Source: Chlorokybus atmophyticus (taxonomy: Eukaryota; Plantae; Mesostigma and Chlorokybus algae). From it: a stretch of DNA of 56,353 nt. The notes beneath the pieces were generated by a model. It was given only the letters and a program-made list of their open reading frames with translations. It had not been told where the DNA came from and did not search any database. The stretch lies in assembly GCA_009103225.1 (NCBI GenBank), contig RHPI01002699.1:1-56353 (forward strand), given 5' to 3'. Shown piece after piece: positions 23,111-33,960 of this stretch. Both the position numbers and the translations under genes were made by a program. Position 1 is the first letter of the stretch. Each line of letters opens with the position of its first letter.

Positions 23111-24057
23111 GACCACAACTTCTTGCAAGATGTGCCACGCCGCCGCCGCCGTCGCCTCCTCCTACTCCTGGTCCTCCGCCTCCTAGTCGAACCCGGTCCA
23201 CCATGCCTGACATTCGACCCGTTATCGACCTGATGCCCCTGCGTGCCATCATCCGGCCATTAATGAAGCTGTTTGGGTGAGTGCACGCTAACTCCCATTA
23301 GGGCTAGTCGAGCAATAACTAACCATAACTCTAATCCACGGATGGTACGACAGAGCGATTGTACGACAATGGCTGGGGTTGGACGAGAGATGCCTCTGTC
23401 GTACCATAAATGTTACGCCCAAGCCATTGCTACCCTTGGTTGTACGAAGCATGGATGGTACAAATGCATAAGTCGTACCATCCACCATACGAGAGAAGGA
23501 CGCACTACAAGTGCGACTCAAGTGCGGGACACTAAACATTTAAACCCGCCTCATTTTCGTTTTTGCGCCTCGTGCATTTGGGCGGGCCAACTGACGGCGG
23601 CCATGGTCACAAGGTACGCGACTTTTAGACCAATAGTACGCGTTTGGACGCGTACAGAGACCCCGCGTACCTAATACGCAGTCTGTACGCAGTCTGTACG
23701 CCAGTGTAACTGGGTTACGCTCCAGTTACGCTGAGATACAGCTTAGCACTGTATCTCAACCGTAACTGGTCAGTCTAGTGTAACTAGGCGGCGGTGCAGG
23801 CAACATAGTTGGCGGCAGCGGCGGCGTTAGCGGCGGCAGGCAGGTGGGAACGGCGCTCCTTTAGCTGCAAGCTTCATCTCTCAAGCTACTGTAGCTGCGC
23901 CTGATAGCCATTAGCTACAAGGTGTGTGCGTGGGTATGCACTGGTTGCCTGCATGCTTGGCTATGCGCCCATCATACATCATGCAGCCTGCAAGTCATAC
24001 CATCAACGTGCTATATGTGATTTGCATGTGTTCATAATAGTGTTTGTTTATGTTAGA

Positions 24058-26576
24058 ATGACGCAAAGTGCGCTGTGGAAGCACGTCGACATAATAGAGA
24101 AAAAGCCTCATGGCAACTTTCGTGTGAGGTGTGTTTATTGCGAGCACGAGTGGACAGGAAGTGTTTCACGTATTGGTGCCCATCTGAGTGGTGAACGTGG
24201 AGTCACCAAGTGCACAACCCCTCCCGAGGAGATCGTCTTGCAACTTACACAAGCCAAGAAAGACAAGGAGAAAGAGGGTGAGAAGAGGAGGAGGTTGGAC
24301 TTGCTAGATCAACTCACATCCGCCATTGGGGATGCTGGTGCAGGTACTTGAATGCATGCGTGCATGCATTGAAGCTTGGCAAGCAGTGGTGCTGCTCATC
24401 ACGCATCAAATCAATCACATTGTGCTATAGATTCAAGCGCCACCGTTCCTTCTAGTCAACAACAAACTCTTGATGCAACTTTCAAGCGTGGGGATAAAGC
24501 GCATGTGGATGAAGCCATTGCTCGGTTTTTCTTCAGCAATGGCATCCCCTTCAACGTGGCAAGGTCCCCTTACTTTATCGCAGCAATGAAAGCGGTTGGC
24601 AAGTTTGGCGCTTCATATACCCCTCCCTCATCCGAGGCGCTTCGCACAACCTTGTTGGAAAAGGAGTATGCTAGGGTGAATGGCGAACTTGCAGTCATCA
24701 AGGACTCAACACGAGAAACCTCATGCACAATTGCTAGCGATGGATGGTCGGACACGTCCAACCGTCCATTGTTGAATGTGCTCATGGTGAGTCCTAAAGG
24801 AGAAGTTTTTCTTCAAGCAATCAACACGGAAGGGAAGGAGAAGACGGCGGAGTATGTATCCGAGCAGCTGATCTCCACCATTGATGAAGTAAGTGGTGCA
24901 CTCGTTCATTGCCATTATAGATTGTGTACACAACCATGCTAAGTAACACATGCAAGCACTGACTGGCAGCACTTTATGAGCACATGCATCACACGCGCAT
25001 GCTCATGCTCGCACCCGACACAAGTACGCATGCGTGTGACACATGCATGCACTGACTGGCAGCACTTTGTGAGCACATGCATTACACGCGCATGCTCATG
25101 CTCGCACACAACACAAGTACTTATGCGTGTGACACATGCACGCACTGACTGGCAGCACTTTGTGAGCACATGCATCACACACGCATGCTCATACACGCAC
25201 ACAACACAAGTACTTATGTGTGTAACTTGCAGGTGGGGTCCGCGAATGTGATACAAGTTGTCATGGACAATGCAAGCGTGTGCGTAGCTGCTGCACGTCT
25301 GATCACTAGCGAATACCCGCACATCACATGGACGCCGTGCACCGCGCATTGCTTGGACTTATTGCTTGAGGATATAGGCAAGTTGGAGTGGGTTAAAAGC
25401 GTGGTGGCTGATGGCAAACGCATAGTGAAGTTCATTACCAACCACCATCGTTCCTTGGCCATCTTCCGCTCCAAAGCCAAGCTAGAGCTGCTCAAGCCAG
25501 GTGAAATAGCATGCGTGCATGTGTGTAGTTAGAGATCAACTTAGTACAAGCGCAAGATTAATGGTAGACAGCAACCATGTGAAATTGCAGCTGATTGCCC
25601 GCGCATGCATGCATGCTCATGTCATGCGCGTGCTTGTTTGCTCATAGCTACTTGTTGTGCAGGAGATACTCGCTTCGCAACGTCATTCATAACTCTTGCA
25701 AGGCTAGTCGAGGTCAAAGACGCTCTCGACGAGGTGGTGGTGAGCAGGGACTGGAAGGCTTGGGCCGACAAGGGTGTGCATAAGCAAGAAGCTGCTGCAG
25801 TCAGAGCGTTGATCTTGGCACCAGATTTCTGGTCACAAGTGGCATTAGTGAATGCGGTGTCGGCCCCCATCGTGGATCTGCTGCGTTTGGTTGATGGGAA
25901 CTTGCCCACCATAGGCAAAGTGTACGCCAAGATGTTTCGTGTTGGCGACCAGCTCAAGCATCTGAAGGGCATGACTGAACAACAACGACTTGATGTGCGC
26001 GCCTGTTGGAGGGACAGGTGGATCATGCTGCATAGTGACATGCATGCAGCAGGCTATGTGCTGGATCCCGAATATTGGGGTCATGAGCAGCACACCAATG
26101 AGGAAGTTATGGAAGGCTTTGCAACGATGGTGGAGAGGGTCCTGCAGTCCCATGACAAGGTTGACTTGGCGTTGCAACAGCTACACATGTACCGAAGTAA
26201 GATGGGGCTGTTCGGCAAAGAGGCAGTGCAACGAGCGGCTCTCACAATGCCCGCGCATGCTTGGTGGCACATGTATGGTGGTAGTGTACCCGAGTTGCAG
26301 CAGCTAGCGATGCGCGTGTTGGCTCAACCATCATCAGCTTGTAGCTGTGAGAGATCCTGGAGCACGTACGACTTCATCCACTCAAAGAGAAGGAATCGGC
26401 TGCAAGCACGCAGGGCAGAGAAGTTGGTGTTTGTCTTCACCAACTTGAGGCAGCTGAAGAAGATCCACAACCCACATTATGTGCAGGAGTTTGTTGAGTG
26501 GGAGGCAGACTCTGATGTGGACGTGTTGTCTAGTAATGATGATGAGGGGGGCGAGTCTGATGATTACTCGGTGTAA
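24058..26576 (+). CDS. hAT transposase (BED finger, DUF659, C-terminal dimerisation domain), 4 exons, 641 aa
   Basis: Exons 24058-24343, 24431-24888, 25233-25500 and 25663-26576 sum to 1926 nt in phase with GT-AG ends. Motifs CVYC...HL, IASDGW, VVMDNAS, PCTAHCLDL, GDTRF, SACSCERSWS. Confidence 0.93.
24946..25220 (+). repeat. 3 x 93-bp tandem repeat inside hAT intron 2
   Basis: CTGACTGGCAGCACTTT starts at 24959, 25052 and 25145. Confidence 0.92.
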
Positions 26577-26814
26577 CTAGGCAGACACATGTGATGGGCT
26601 ATGTCTGCACACATGCTTCGCTGTAACATAGTGTTCTCTGCTCATTGTTTACTGTTGTGCACATGTACGCAAGTAGCATGCTTGATGCTCGTGAAGCAAC
26701 ACGACAAAACTGCCACTGTAGCGTACTGCCACGTACTGGCATAAATGGGTACATGTATGTACGCGTACACCACCGCTCACGTACTAAACGCGTACTGTGT
26801 ACCATGTGACCATG

Positions 26815-28704
26815 ACGGCGGCAGCATTGGATGCGGCAGCGCCACCATCAGCTAAGCAGGCTGCACCCAATTATCAGTTAGAGAGAGATGCCTCGTGGTC
26901 CATCTGTAGGTGCACCTCGACGTGGAGGTCGGCACCCCAAGTCCACATTGCCCCCAGTGTTCAACCAGGCAACCGTCGCCAACCAGCAGCAGCTACTCTT
27001 GGCCAACCTATCGCACCAACACCCCGCGCTAACGCCCAGCCCATCACAACAACTCCATCTGACACATCAGTCGCAGGGGCAAGCTAGAATGCATACGTAC
27101 TTGATGCACTGTGCATGTTGCTTCTTGCTCAACTTCAAACTTTGATCCTGCTTCTTTCATGACTGGCACAGTGACTCGCTGCATGCGTTTTAAATACACT
27201 GTGCACGTTGCTTCTTGCTTAACTGTGAGGATTGCATCTTTCATGGCTGGTAGCATGACTCACGTGGTTGTGCTTGCAGAGGGTCGATTGGAACCCCCAA
27301 CCCAAACGCATTGGCCATGGCGTAGCAACCTCGGCCGTCAGCAACCCTTCCCCAAGCAAGTTGAAGGTTGGCAACGAGGTAAGCACTGTGTGACATTGTG
27401 ACAATGTATGTAACGGACAGCATTCGTGAGATGCCGTTGTTGAAGTCACAAACGGCCACTGGGCAGAGAGTCACGGTTAGCCCAAGGAGGACACTATTCG
27501 TAACGCCATGTGTGAGGTGCTTTGAATGCTTCATGACCTTACTGCACCGTGATATTGACCAACCTGCCCGTGACAGGTAGTTAGCTTGACCATAATGACG
27601 AGGCCGATGCGGCCAAGTTCTATGAGGTGTACTGGACGCCCAAGGAGTGCCCCTTCTATTGAAGTGTCGCCCTTGAACAAAGCTACGCAGGTCCGTTTGA
27701 GAACGTCACCAAGGTCAACCGTGTCCTTGAGAAGGAGTACAAGTGGACACTGTTTAACAGCGACAAGCGCAAGTGAGTTGGGTCCCTCACCACCATGTCT
27801 GCTATGCAACACTGCCTTCTTACTCAGCCTCCATACACACGTACGCATCTCGCCTATTGTGACCGATCCAATCAGGCACATCGACGCCCCAGTGGACCCC
27901 AAGACCCCAAGAGCCCAGATGCGCAACGCGCTCTAAAGTAAGTCACAGGCACTATTCTAGTGCAGGCTCAACTCAAACTATATCGTGACTAATGCCTTGT
28001 TGTATGACTCTCGCAGACAAGTCATGGCGGGAATTTAAGGTGACCGACAATGCAAACCTGAAGCGGAGGAGATGCATCCATGAATGGGGCAATCCCTATA
28101 ATCTGGCAATGACCGTGCAATGCTGGTCTTACGCCGTCACTACACCTGGTAGCCTGCAGCTGACAATCAATCACCTCGCATACCTGTTGCTTACGGTGAG
28201 CACTCTGAACTGAATTACTAGCAATTTAGGAATGCTGTAGCCCCAAACTACAGGCTTACAGACGCGCTGCAATGCATAGTGGCTTCCAATGCCACTAAAA
28301 CATGCATGTAAACTACGCAGGTGGAGCGCATCCCAAAGGGCAAGGATGGAGACCCTCTCCTAGCTGCCAGCATCGACACACATGAAGAGTACCTCAGCGA
28401 AATCAACACCGTGATCATGTCAATGAAGCGGGAGACGAGGCAACAATACGCAGCCCTCCAGCCATTCACCCTTATAAAACGCCGCACTGCATCTTGTATC
28501 AAATACCTGAAAGATCCCAATCGGCGCCAGCCGCAAGAGATAGTAACTCGTGACTCGCTTGCTAAGGCAGAAGCGGCATTAAATTGGCTGGCGCAACTGC
28601 TTGAGGAGGAGGAAGAGCAAGCTCTTGCGTCCCCTCTACATTCCCCAGCGCGTGGTGCTTTGTTCCATGATAACGTGCAAGGCGATGATGGAGAGGAGCT
28701 GTAG
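26815..28704 (+). pseudogene. Multi-exon orphan gene of the inverted-repeat element, 5' end interrupted by the hAT
   Basis: GT/AG-bounded exon-like blocks: TAAALDAAAPPSAK..., RVDWNPQPKRIG..., DEADAAKFYEVYW...EKEYKWTLF, DKSWREFKVTD...HEWGNPY, VERIPKGKDGDP...DDGEEL-stop. Internal stops and frameshift. Confidence 0.45.
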
Positions 28705-29109
28705 CGCAGTTGGTAGTCCGTTTAGCTAGTAGTGTACACAGCTGCAAGGCTCTTGTGACTTAGTGTTGTGCATCATAAACCAGCTCAGTCAATTGTCATT
28801 ATGCTCATGCATGTGAAAACTTGCATCCCTATGATATACAACAGAATTGCAGGCATTCAAGTCACATAATCCAACTACAATCCTTGGCAAGTGACTGAGA
28901 GACACTATACACACCTTTGATACCTGTACACAGCGCAGGCACATAATGATGATGGCAGTTAGTGACAATCGCGTGTAGTCATGCTATGCAAATACATATA
29001 ACGACAATTATGCATCAGTCACCTTTAGTTTCTGAAAGAATGCCTTATCTTGTCGACAATCACCTAATTGGTGCTTATGAATCAGGCTCAATCACCTGCG
29101 CTAGACTGG

Positions 29110-29321
29110 TGTGTAACCCTGCAGGTGCCTGTCACATAGGCTGAGTCACCTAAGTTAGACTAATGTGTAACTTGCAGGTGCCTGTTAATCAGTTATAGTC
29201 ACCTGTTAAAGCCTGATGTGTAACTTACAGGTGCCCGTAATGAGGTCTAGTCAACTGGTAAGGCCTGATAAATTAATTTCAGGTGCCCGTAAATTAGTAT
29301 TAGTCACCTGTTATGGCCTGA
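29110..29321 (+). repeat. 4 x ~53-bp degenerate tandem repeat abutting the right inverted repeat
   Basis: Units start at 29110, 29164, 29217 and 29269 with consensus TGTGTAACTTGCAGGTGCC...AGTCACCT...GCCTGA. Confidence 0.8.
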
Positions 29322-32300
29322 TAAGTAACAGGAATTATACTCAGGTCCCTGTATTGGGATTACAGGTGGATTGAGCCACGACAGTCTCAATAAGCATATT
29401 CTGGTGCACGGCCGTTGCCAATATTTAGTCGGCCGGTAGGGGAAACATTTTGCGACGAATAGGCGTTTAGCGGAGGGGTAAACCATTTTTCAACAACATC
29501 GTTCGCACGATGTGCCGGATCGTCGCACATCACACGCATATGGCCTTTGAGTAGAACTTCAACAAGCACACAACTGCGATGGTATAGATTATACGTACAC
29601 TCTAAATGTGCAGACGATCTGACAGAGCTTACGAGTGTATTTAAAGAGGTCCAAAGAGGTCTAATATAGATCAGTGAGAGCATGTGATATGCAACGGTTT
29701 GAGCCTGACATACAAGTTACCACAACATATTGAAGGCCTTGAAGGCCTTTCCATCAGGTTAGCCGGTAGGCCAAACAACAACTTAGGTGCACAGCTTTCC
29801 ATACATTTTTGTCGGTGGTTAGATGCAACATTTTGCAATGGATAAACATATACTATGTTATATAACATATGTTTCTAATATAGAAATAAGCAACCCATTT
29901 CTACAAGGTAAAAAACGCTATTTAAGTTGAAACGTTCTAAAGCAGTTGCTTGATGTTTCAGGGTGTTTATATTTATGAGTTTTAGACGAAGTTGTCATAT
30001 ATTTTGAATGTCTTTCGCATCACAGTTCCGAGGACTGTCATTGAGTGATTTGCAGAGTTGAAACATAATAAACACACTATATGTGGGGTGGGTCAACTGG
30101 CAATAAGCATTATTGATTGCTTTGTTTCATTGATTGACGATGTACATGTGCTGTCACAATAACCTCTTTTAACAATTGTCAAGAGTTGCAGCTATAATGG
30201 GTGGTTTATTAATTCTCATGACTTGCAAGTTCTCACGTGTGGAGCAGAGGCTTCAACAGGATTGGCCATCCTTGTTGGGCAGGCGCTGTTGGGGCACCCG
30301 GCGGTACCCCAACGGGACATTGCCATGCAAGTGGGGAGGAATGTCACGCATAACATGCAAAGCTTCAAATTATGCGGCATGATCACTCTCAGGTGCTATG
30401 TTGTGATATAGTATAGCACGACAATATAAGAGATTAACACTTTGGGTGTGTGCCATACCTAAGTGGTTTGCTCGTATAGTTTGTCCTGCAGCTCATCAGC
30501 TTGTGGGCAAAATGAACCATGCAATGCGTTGCTACTCAATTAGCACAGAGCTAGTCAATGTGAGCGTGTGTATGTTTACATGCAAGACACTGTCACATGT
30601 TGTGGCAAGTGTTTTTCTATATATGCTGTTGTACACAACAATGTTGCGTCACATGGTGTGAGCGCTCACACGCAGAGGCTAGCCTATCAGTGACATATGC
30701 AAGGGTGACAAGCCATGTGGTGAGCGATTCTCATCATGCACATGTCTGTGAGAAAACTAGTATGTATGCACATGGAAAGTGCAGCTACATGTCATATGAA
30801 GCATGAGCAGTGACTTGACATATATGGCATAAGCATGGTATGATTTGGCTGAGTGAGTCACATTGGGTGTGACACGTTGCCATGGCCAATCACGCACCGT
30901 GTAGATGTCAAGTGAACGCTTAGCACACGATGCAATCAGGCATATGTTCTTTGAGGATAAGGTGTGGTCAAGTGAGAAAACATTGAAGAGGGGATTCGAC
31001 AGCAGAGCAGGTTGCCTATGAGCGGGCTTACGAGCATTGGCACGCAGAAGACAAGGACAACTGTTGTTGTGCACGTCACGTGCACAACAACTGTTGCACC
31101 TCAGCGGTTGTGGCTGGCGCTGGCAACAATTCTGTTGTGCGTGCTTTGGGCAAATTAGGCCTCACGTCACATGATTAAAGCTATTGCTCTTCTCTGAAGC
31201 GATGCACATGACTAGCAATGTCACTTCAACCGTCGCGTATAATAAGTTGCGCCCTCCTCAAAAGACTCGAAGGATGCCTAGATTTCTGCCATCTTTGAAA
31301 AAGGCTTTGATGCCAGCATTCGAGTACCACCTATCAAAGTTCGCGGCATCAACGCACACAAGTTCATACTTTTGGTATTCTTCTGATTTCTCCTCATTTA
31401 TTATGGTGATCGTCTTGCCTACACACAACGCATACCATCAACATAACAGTCCATGCATCGTAGGGACTGAAAGCTTTTTATTCACGACTACGTAATAAAG
31501 ACCAATAAAATGGTTCTCACCAACTTTGTGAGTTAAACTCTAACCAGAGTTCAAGCCATTCACATTGTCGGGCTTCCCGTCTGCTAAATCAGCGATGAGC
31601 AATACGCCAACACACACGCACATAAACATCAACAATGCAACTTAATCAACAACACGCACGCACAAATAAACGACATGCATACAGTGCGCAACGCGTTCGC
31701 TTACCGTTTGACAATTGAGCGCGAAAGAAGTTGCTGTGCGATTACGGTGAGTAGAAGCGGATGCACGCCATGGAGATATATGATATAGCCTTGTGGTTGA
31801 ACCCTGAGCTAGAGAGCTGACGTCATAAAACGGCCACTATGCATTGCCACAGTAAAATGCAGACAAGCTAGCTTTGCCAAAAATAGCATTGTCATGCCTT
31901 GAACAGTATTGGCCTTGCCCCATGTGTCATGATGTAGGAAGAGTGAGGGTGACGTGTGTTATTGCAGTTGATATGTAAAACACTCGCACCAAACACTTGA
32001 GCAGTCTGCTACACAATTGCAGCTTGCCATGCAAACATGTAGCAAACTTTAATTATTGCATGCACGGTTGTCTTGACCTACGAGCAACAGTCAAATTAAA
32101 GATATGTAAGAAATGCCAAATGGGTTGACACGACGACAACATTGACAACAACATACAAGTTTGTCTTATAAAGACCAAAATCGCAGCACTCTTGAGTGGC
32201 CTCTGGCCATTTAAGCTGATTTACTATGGGGAGAGAGGCGTAGATGCCACGACCACTACCTAAGAACAACGAAGCAAACTTACATATGCCATACCCACAG

Positions 32301-32666
32301 TGCATGCATTTCTTGATCAACGCTATTCCCTAATTGCAGACTCAACGGGTCATACACACAAGAGCCGGTTGCCACACTGGGGCGACGGTGCGTGCTTACA
32401 CGTGAGCGCAGTTGCGGCCGCCAGTGCCTTCCAGTCGCACACATCGTCGCCGTTCACAAGCCGCACTGCAAGTCCTTGGACTTCCTCAACACCCCCGCCG
32501 CCGCTTGCTGAGCCCCAAAGCAGCGCAGACCAAGCTCACCCGTGTAGGTAACATACATGCATCGACGATACATTACATGAGCACAAATAGCATGGGTCCA
32601 AGATTTAACACACAATCATTAGGTATACGTACAGGAAATCTGCCTACTACACCAAGTCCAATAAAG

Positions 32667-33960
32667 TCATGCCCGCCACATCGCCATATTCCGAGCTGGC
32701 CTAGCGTCTCGTGCTGGGGCTGCACGTACAGCACCCGCCGCCAAAGCCAAGATAGCGGATGCCTGAGAACGCTGCAGGACGACTGAAACACCCTGGCGAA
32801 ACTGGGCGACCAACCATTGAATGAAGCGACTCTCCAACTTGCGTGCATCAGCCAATCGGCGAGCGCATACGGACAGCAGCGCAACAGCCGGTGCTCCCAG
32901 CCAGCCATGAGTCTTGATGGCTAAAGGGATGAAGGTGTCGGATTCGGCGTGATTTTGGTAGTAGCCGTGCGCTCCGCTGCCATTACCCCCGCACATGGAT
33001 GGGATCGGCAAGCCGTAAAACTATCATGTCCAACAACATGCGACTGTCGCTGCCCGACTCGCAAGCTACAATATTCATACGCCTCCCCTGTTGCTTGTGG
33101 TCCAATAGTGGCCATACACCTGTCATCTCACATCTCACGACGTAACTCACCTCCCGTAAGATCGCAGCGAAGGTGTTACGAAGATCGTCATGAATAGCTA
33201 TGCGGTGCCCGTCCCGCATGCACATAGATAAGTGAGCATCTCTCGCACTCAGTAGCCGATGACCACAGGCGCAGAAACGAATGTGCGCGAGCACAGGGTG
33301 TGGTAAGGCCAAGGTGACGCATTGCAGTGCAATACTGAGCAGCGGACGTGCGCTAATCGAACCAACCCGGGACCGCCAACAATCAAGCACCTGCACCAAT
33401 GCCCGCTGTCGACTGCAGCCGGTGCACGCCGCCGTGGCTGCTGGCTAGGATGAAGGACTCTCGTGTACTAGCGTCGATGCATGAAGTCAAGTCCTGCTGA
33501 AGATGTCTACTCTGCGCGATCGCCAACGCCGCAAATGCTGTCTGCTGAAATGAATCGGGTGGTAATAATGATGCAAAGAGGCGAAGGTCGCGATGGACAG
33601 GCAAGTCTCCCACAAAAACATCGTCAATAGCAGCCCTCAACTGGTCGTCATCACGCACAACCGCTAAGCGCCAACGCATCACACTAGCCACCAACCCCCA
33701 GCCACTTATGAACGCCGCCGGTGCAACAGCAGCAACTGGAGCAGCGCACTCTCGGCTCGGACACATCGAGAGGGGCTGGCGCGTGCATCAACGTCAAGGA
33801 AGCGTCGCGGATAGTGCTATCAAGCTTGGACAATTGAGCAATGAAGGCCGGAGTGGGAGCCACCGTGCGCATCAGGTGTGAGGGGCGTGCGGCGACACAG
33901 CATGCATTCAGTTTTGAGACTATTGCCTCTTGTTCATCTTCAACTCTTGGGGGCAGCAGG
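32667..33960 (-). mobile_element. Decayed CRE-like non-LTR retrotransposon (RT thumb, CCHC finger, restriction-like endonuclease)
   Basis: CCVAARPSHLMRTVAP, APAAFISGW, RLQSTAGIGAGAW, CACG...HLSMC...RIAIHDDLRN...EVSYVVRCE, RRMNIV...LLDM, FIPLAIKTHGWLG, VSVVLQRSQA. Multiple frameshifts. Confidence 0.75.

Larger units (their letters stand above)
23602..26814 (+). mobile_element. Complete hAT DNA transposon, 3213 bp
   Basis: TIRs CATGGTCACAAGGTACGC / CATGGTCACATGGTACAC (16/18). Identical 8-bp TSD ACGGCGGC at 23594-23601 and 26815-26822. Confidence 0.96.
19869..29458. mobile_element. Putative ~9.6-kb element bounded by 124-bp imperfect inverted repeats (~6.4 kb without the nested hAT)
   Basis: 19869-19992 is the gapless reverse complement of 29335-29458 (101/124 identical by hand alignment; first 54 nt have 2 mismatches). 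Repetitive subterminal zones lie inside both arms. No TSD found. Confidence 0.6.

Noticed and set aside
24946-29321. 93-bp and 53-bp repeats as CRISPR arrays
   Set aside because: They are contiguous tandem units with no unique spacers, no cas genes, and a eukaryotic context.
13704-29676. One giant CACTA element from CACTA (13704) to CAGTG (29676)
   Set aside because: The termini match only over CACT, and the flanks (TTA vs AGA) give no 3-bp TSD. It remains possible but unsupported.
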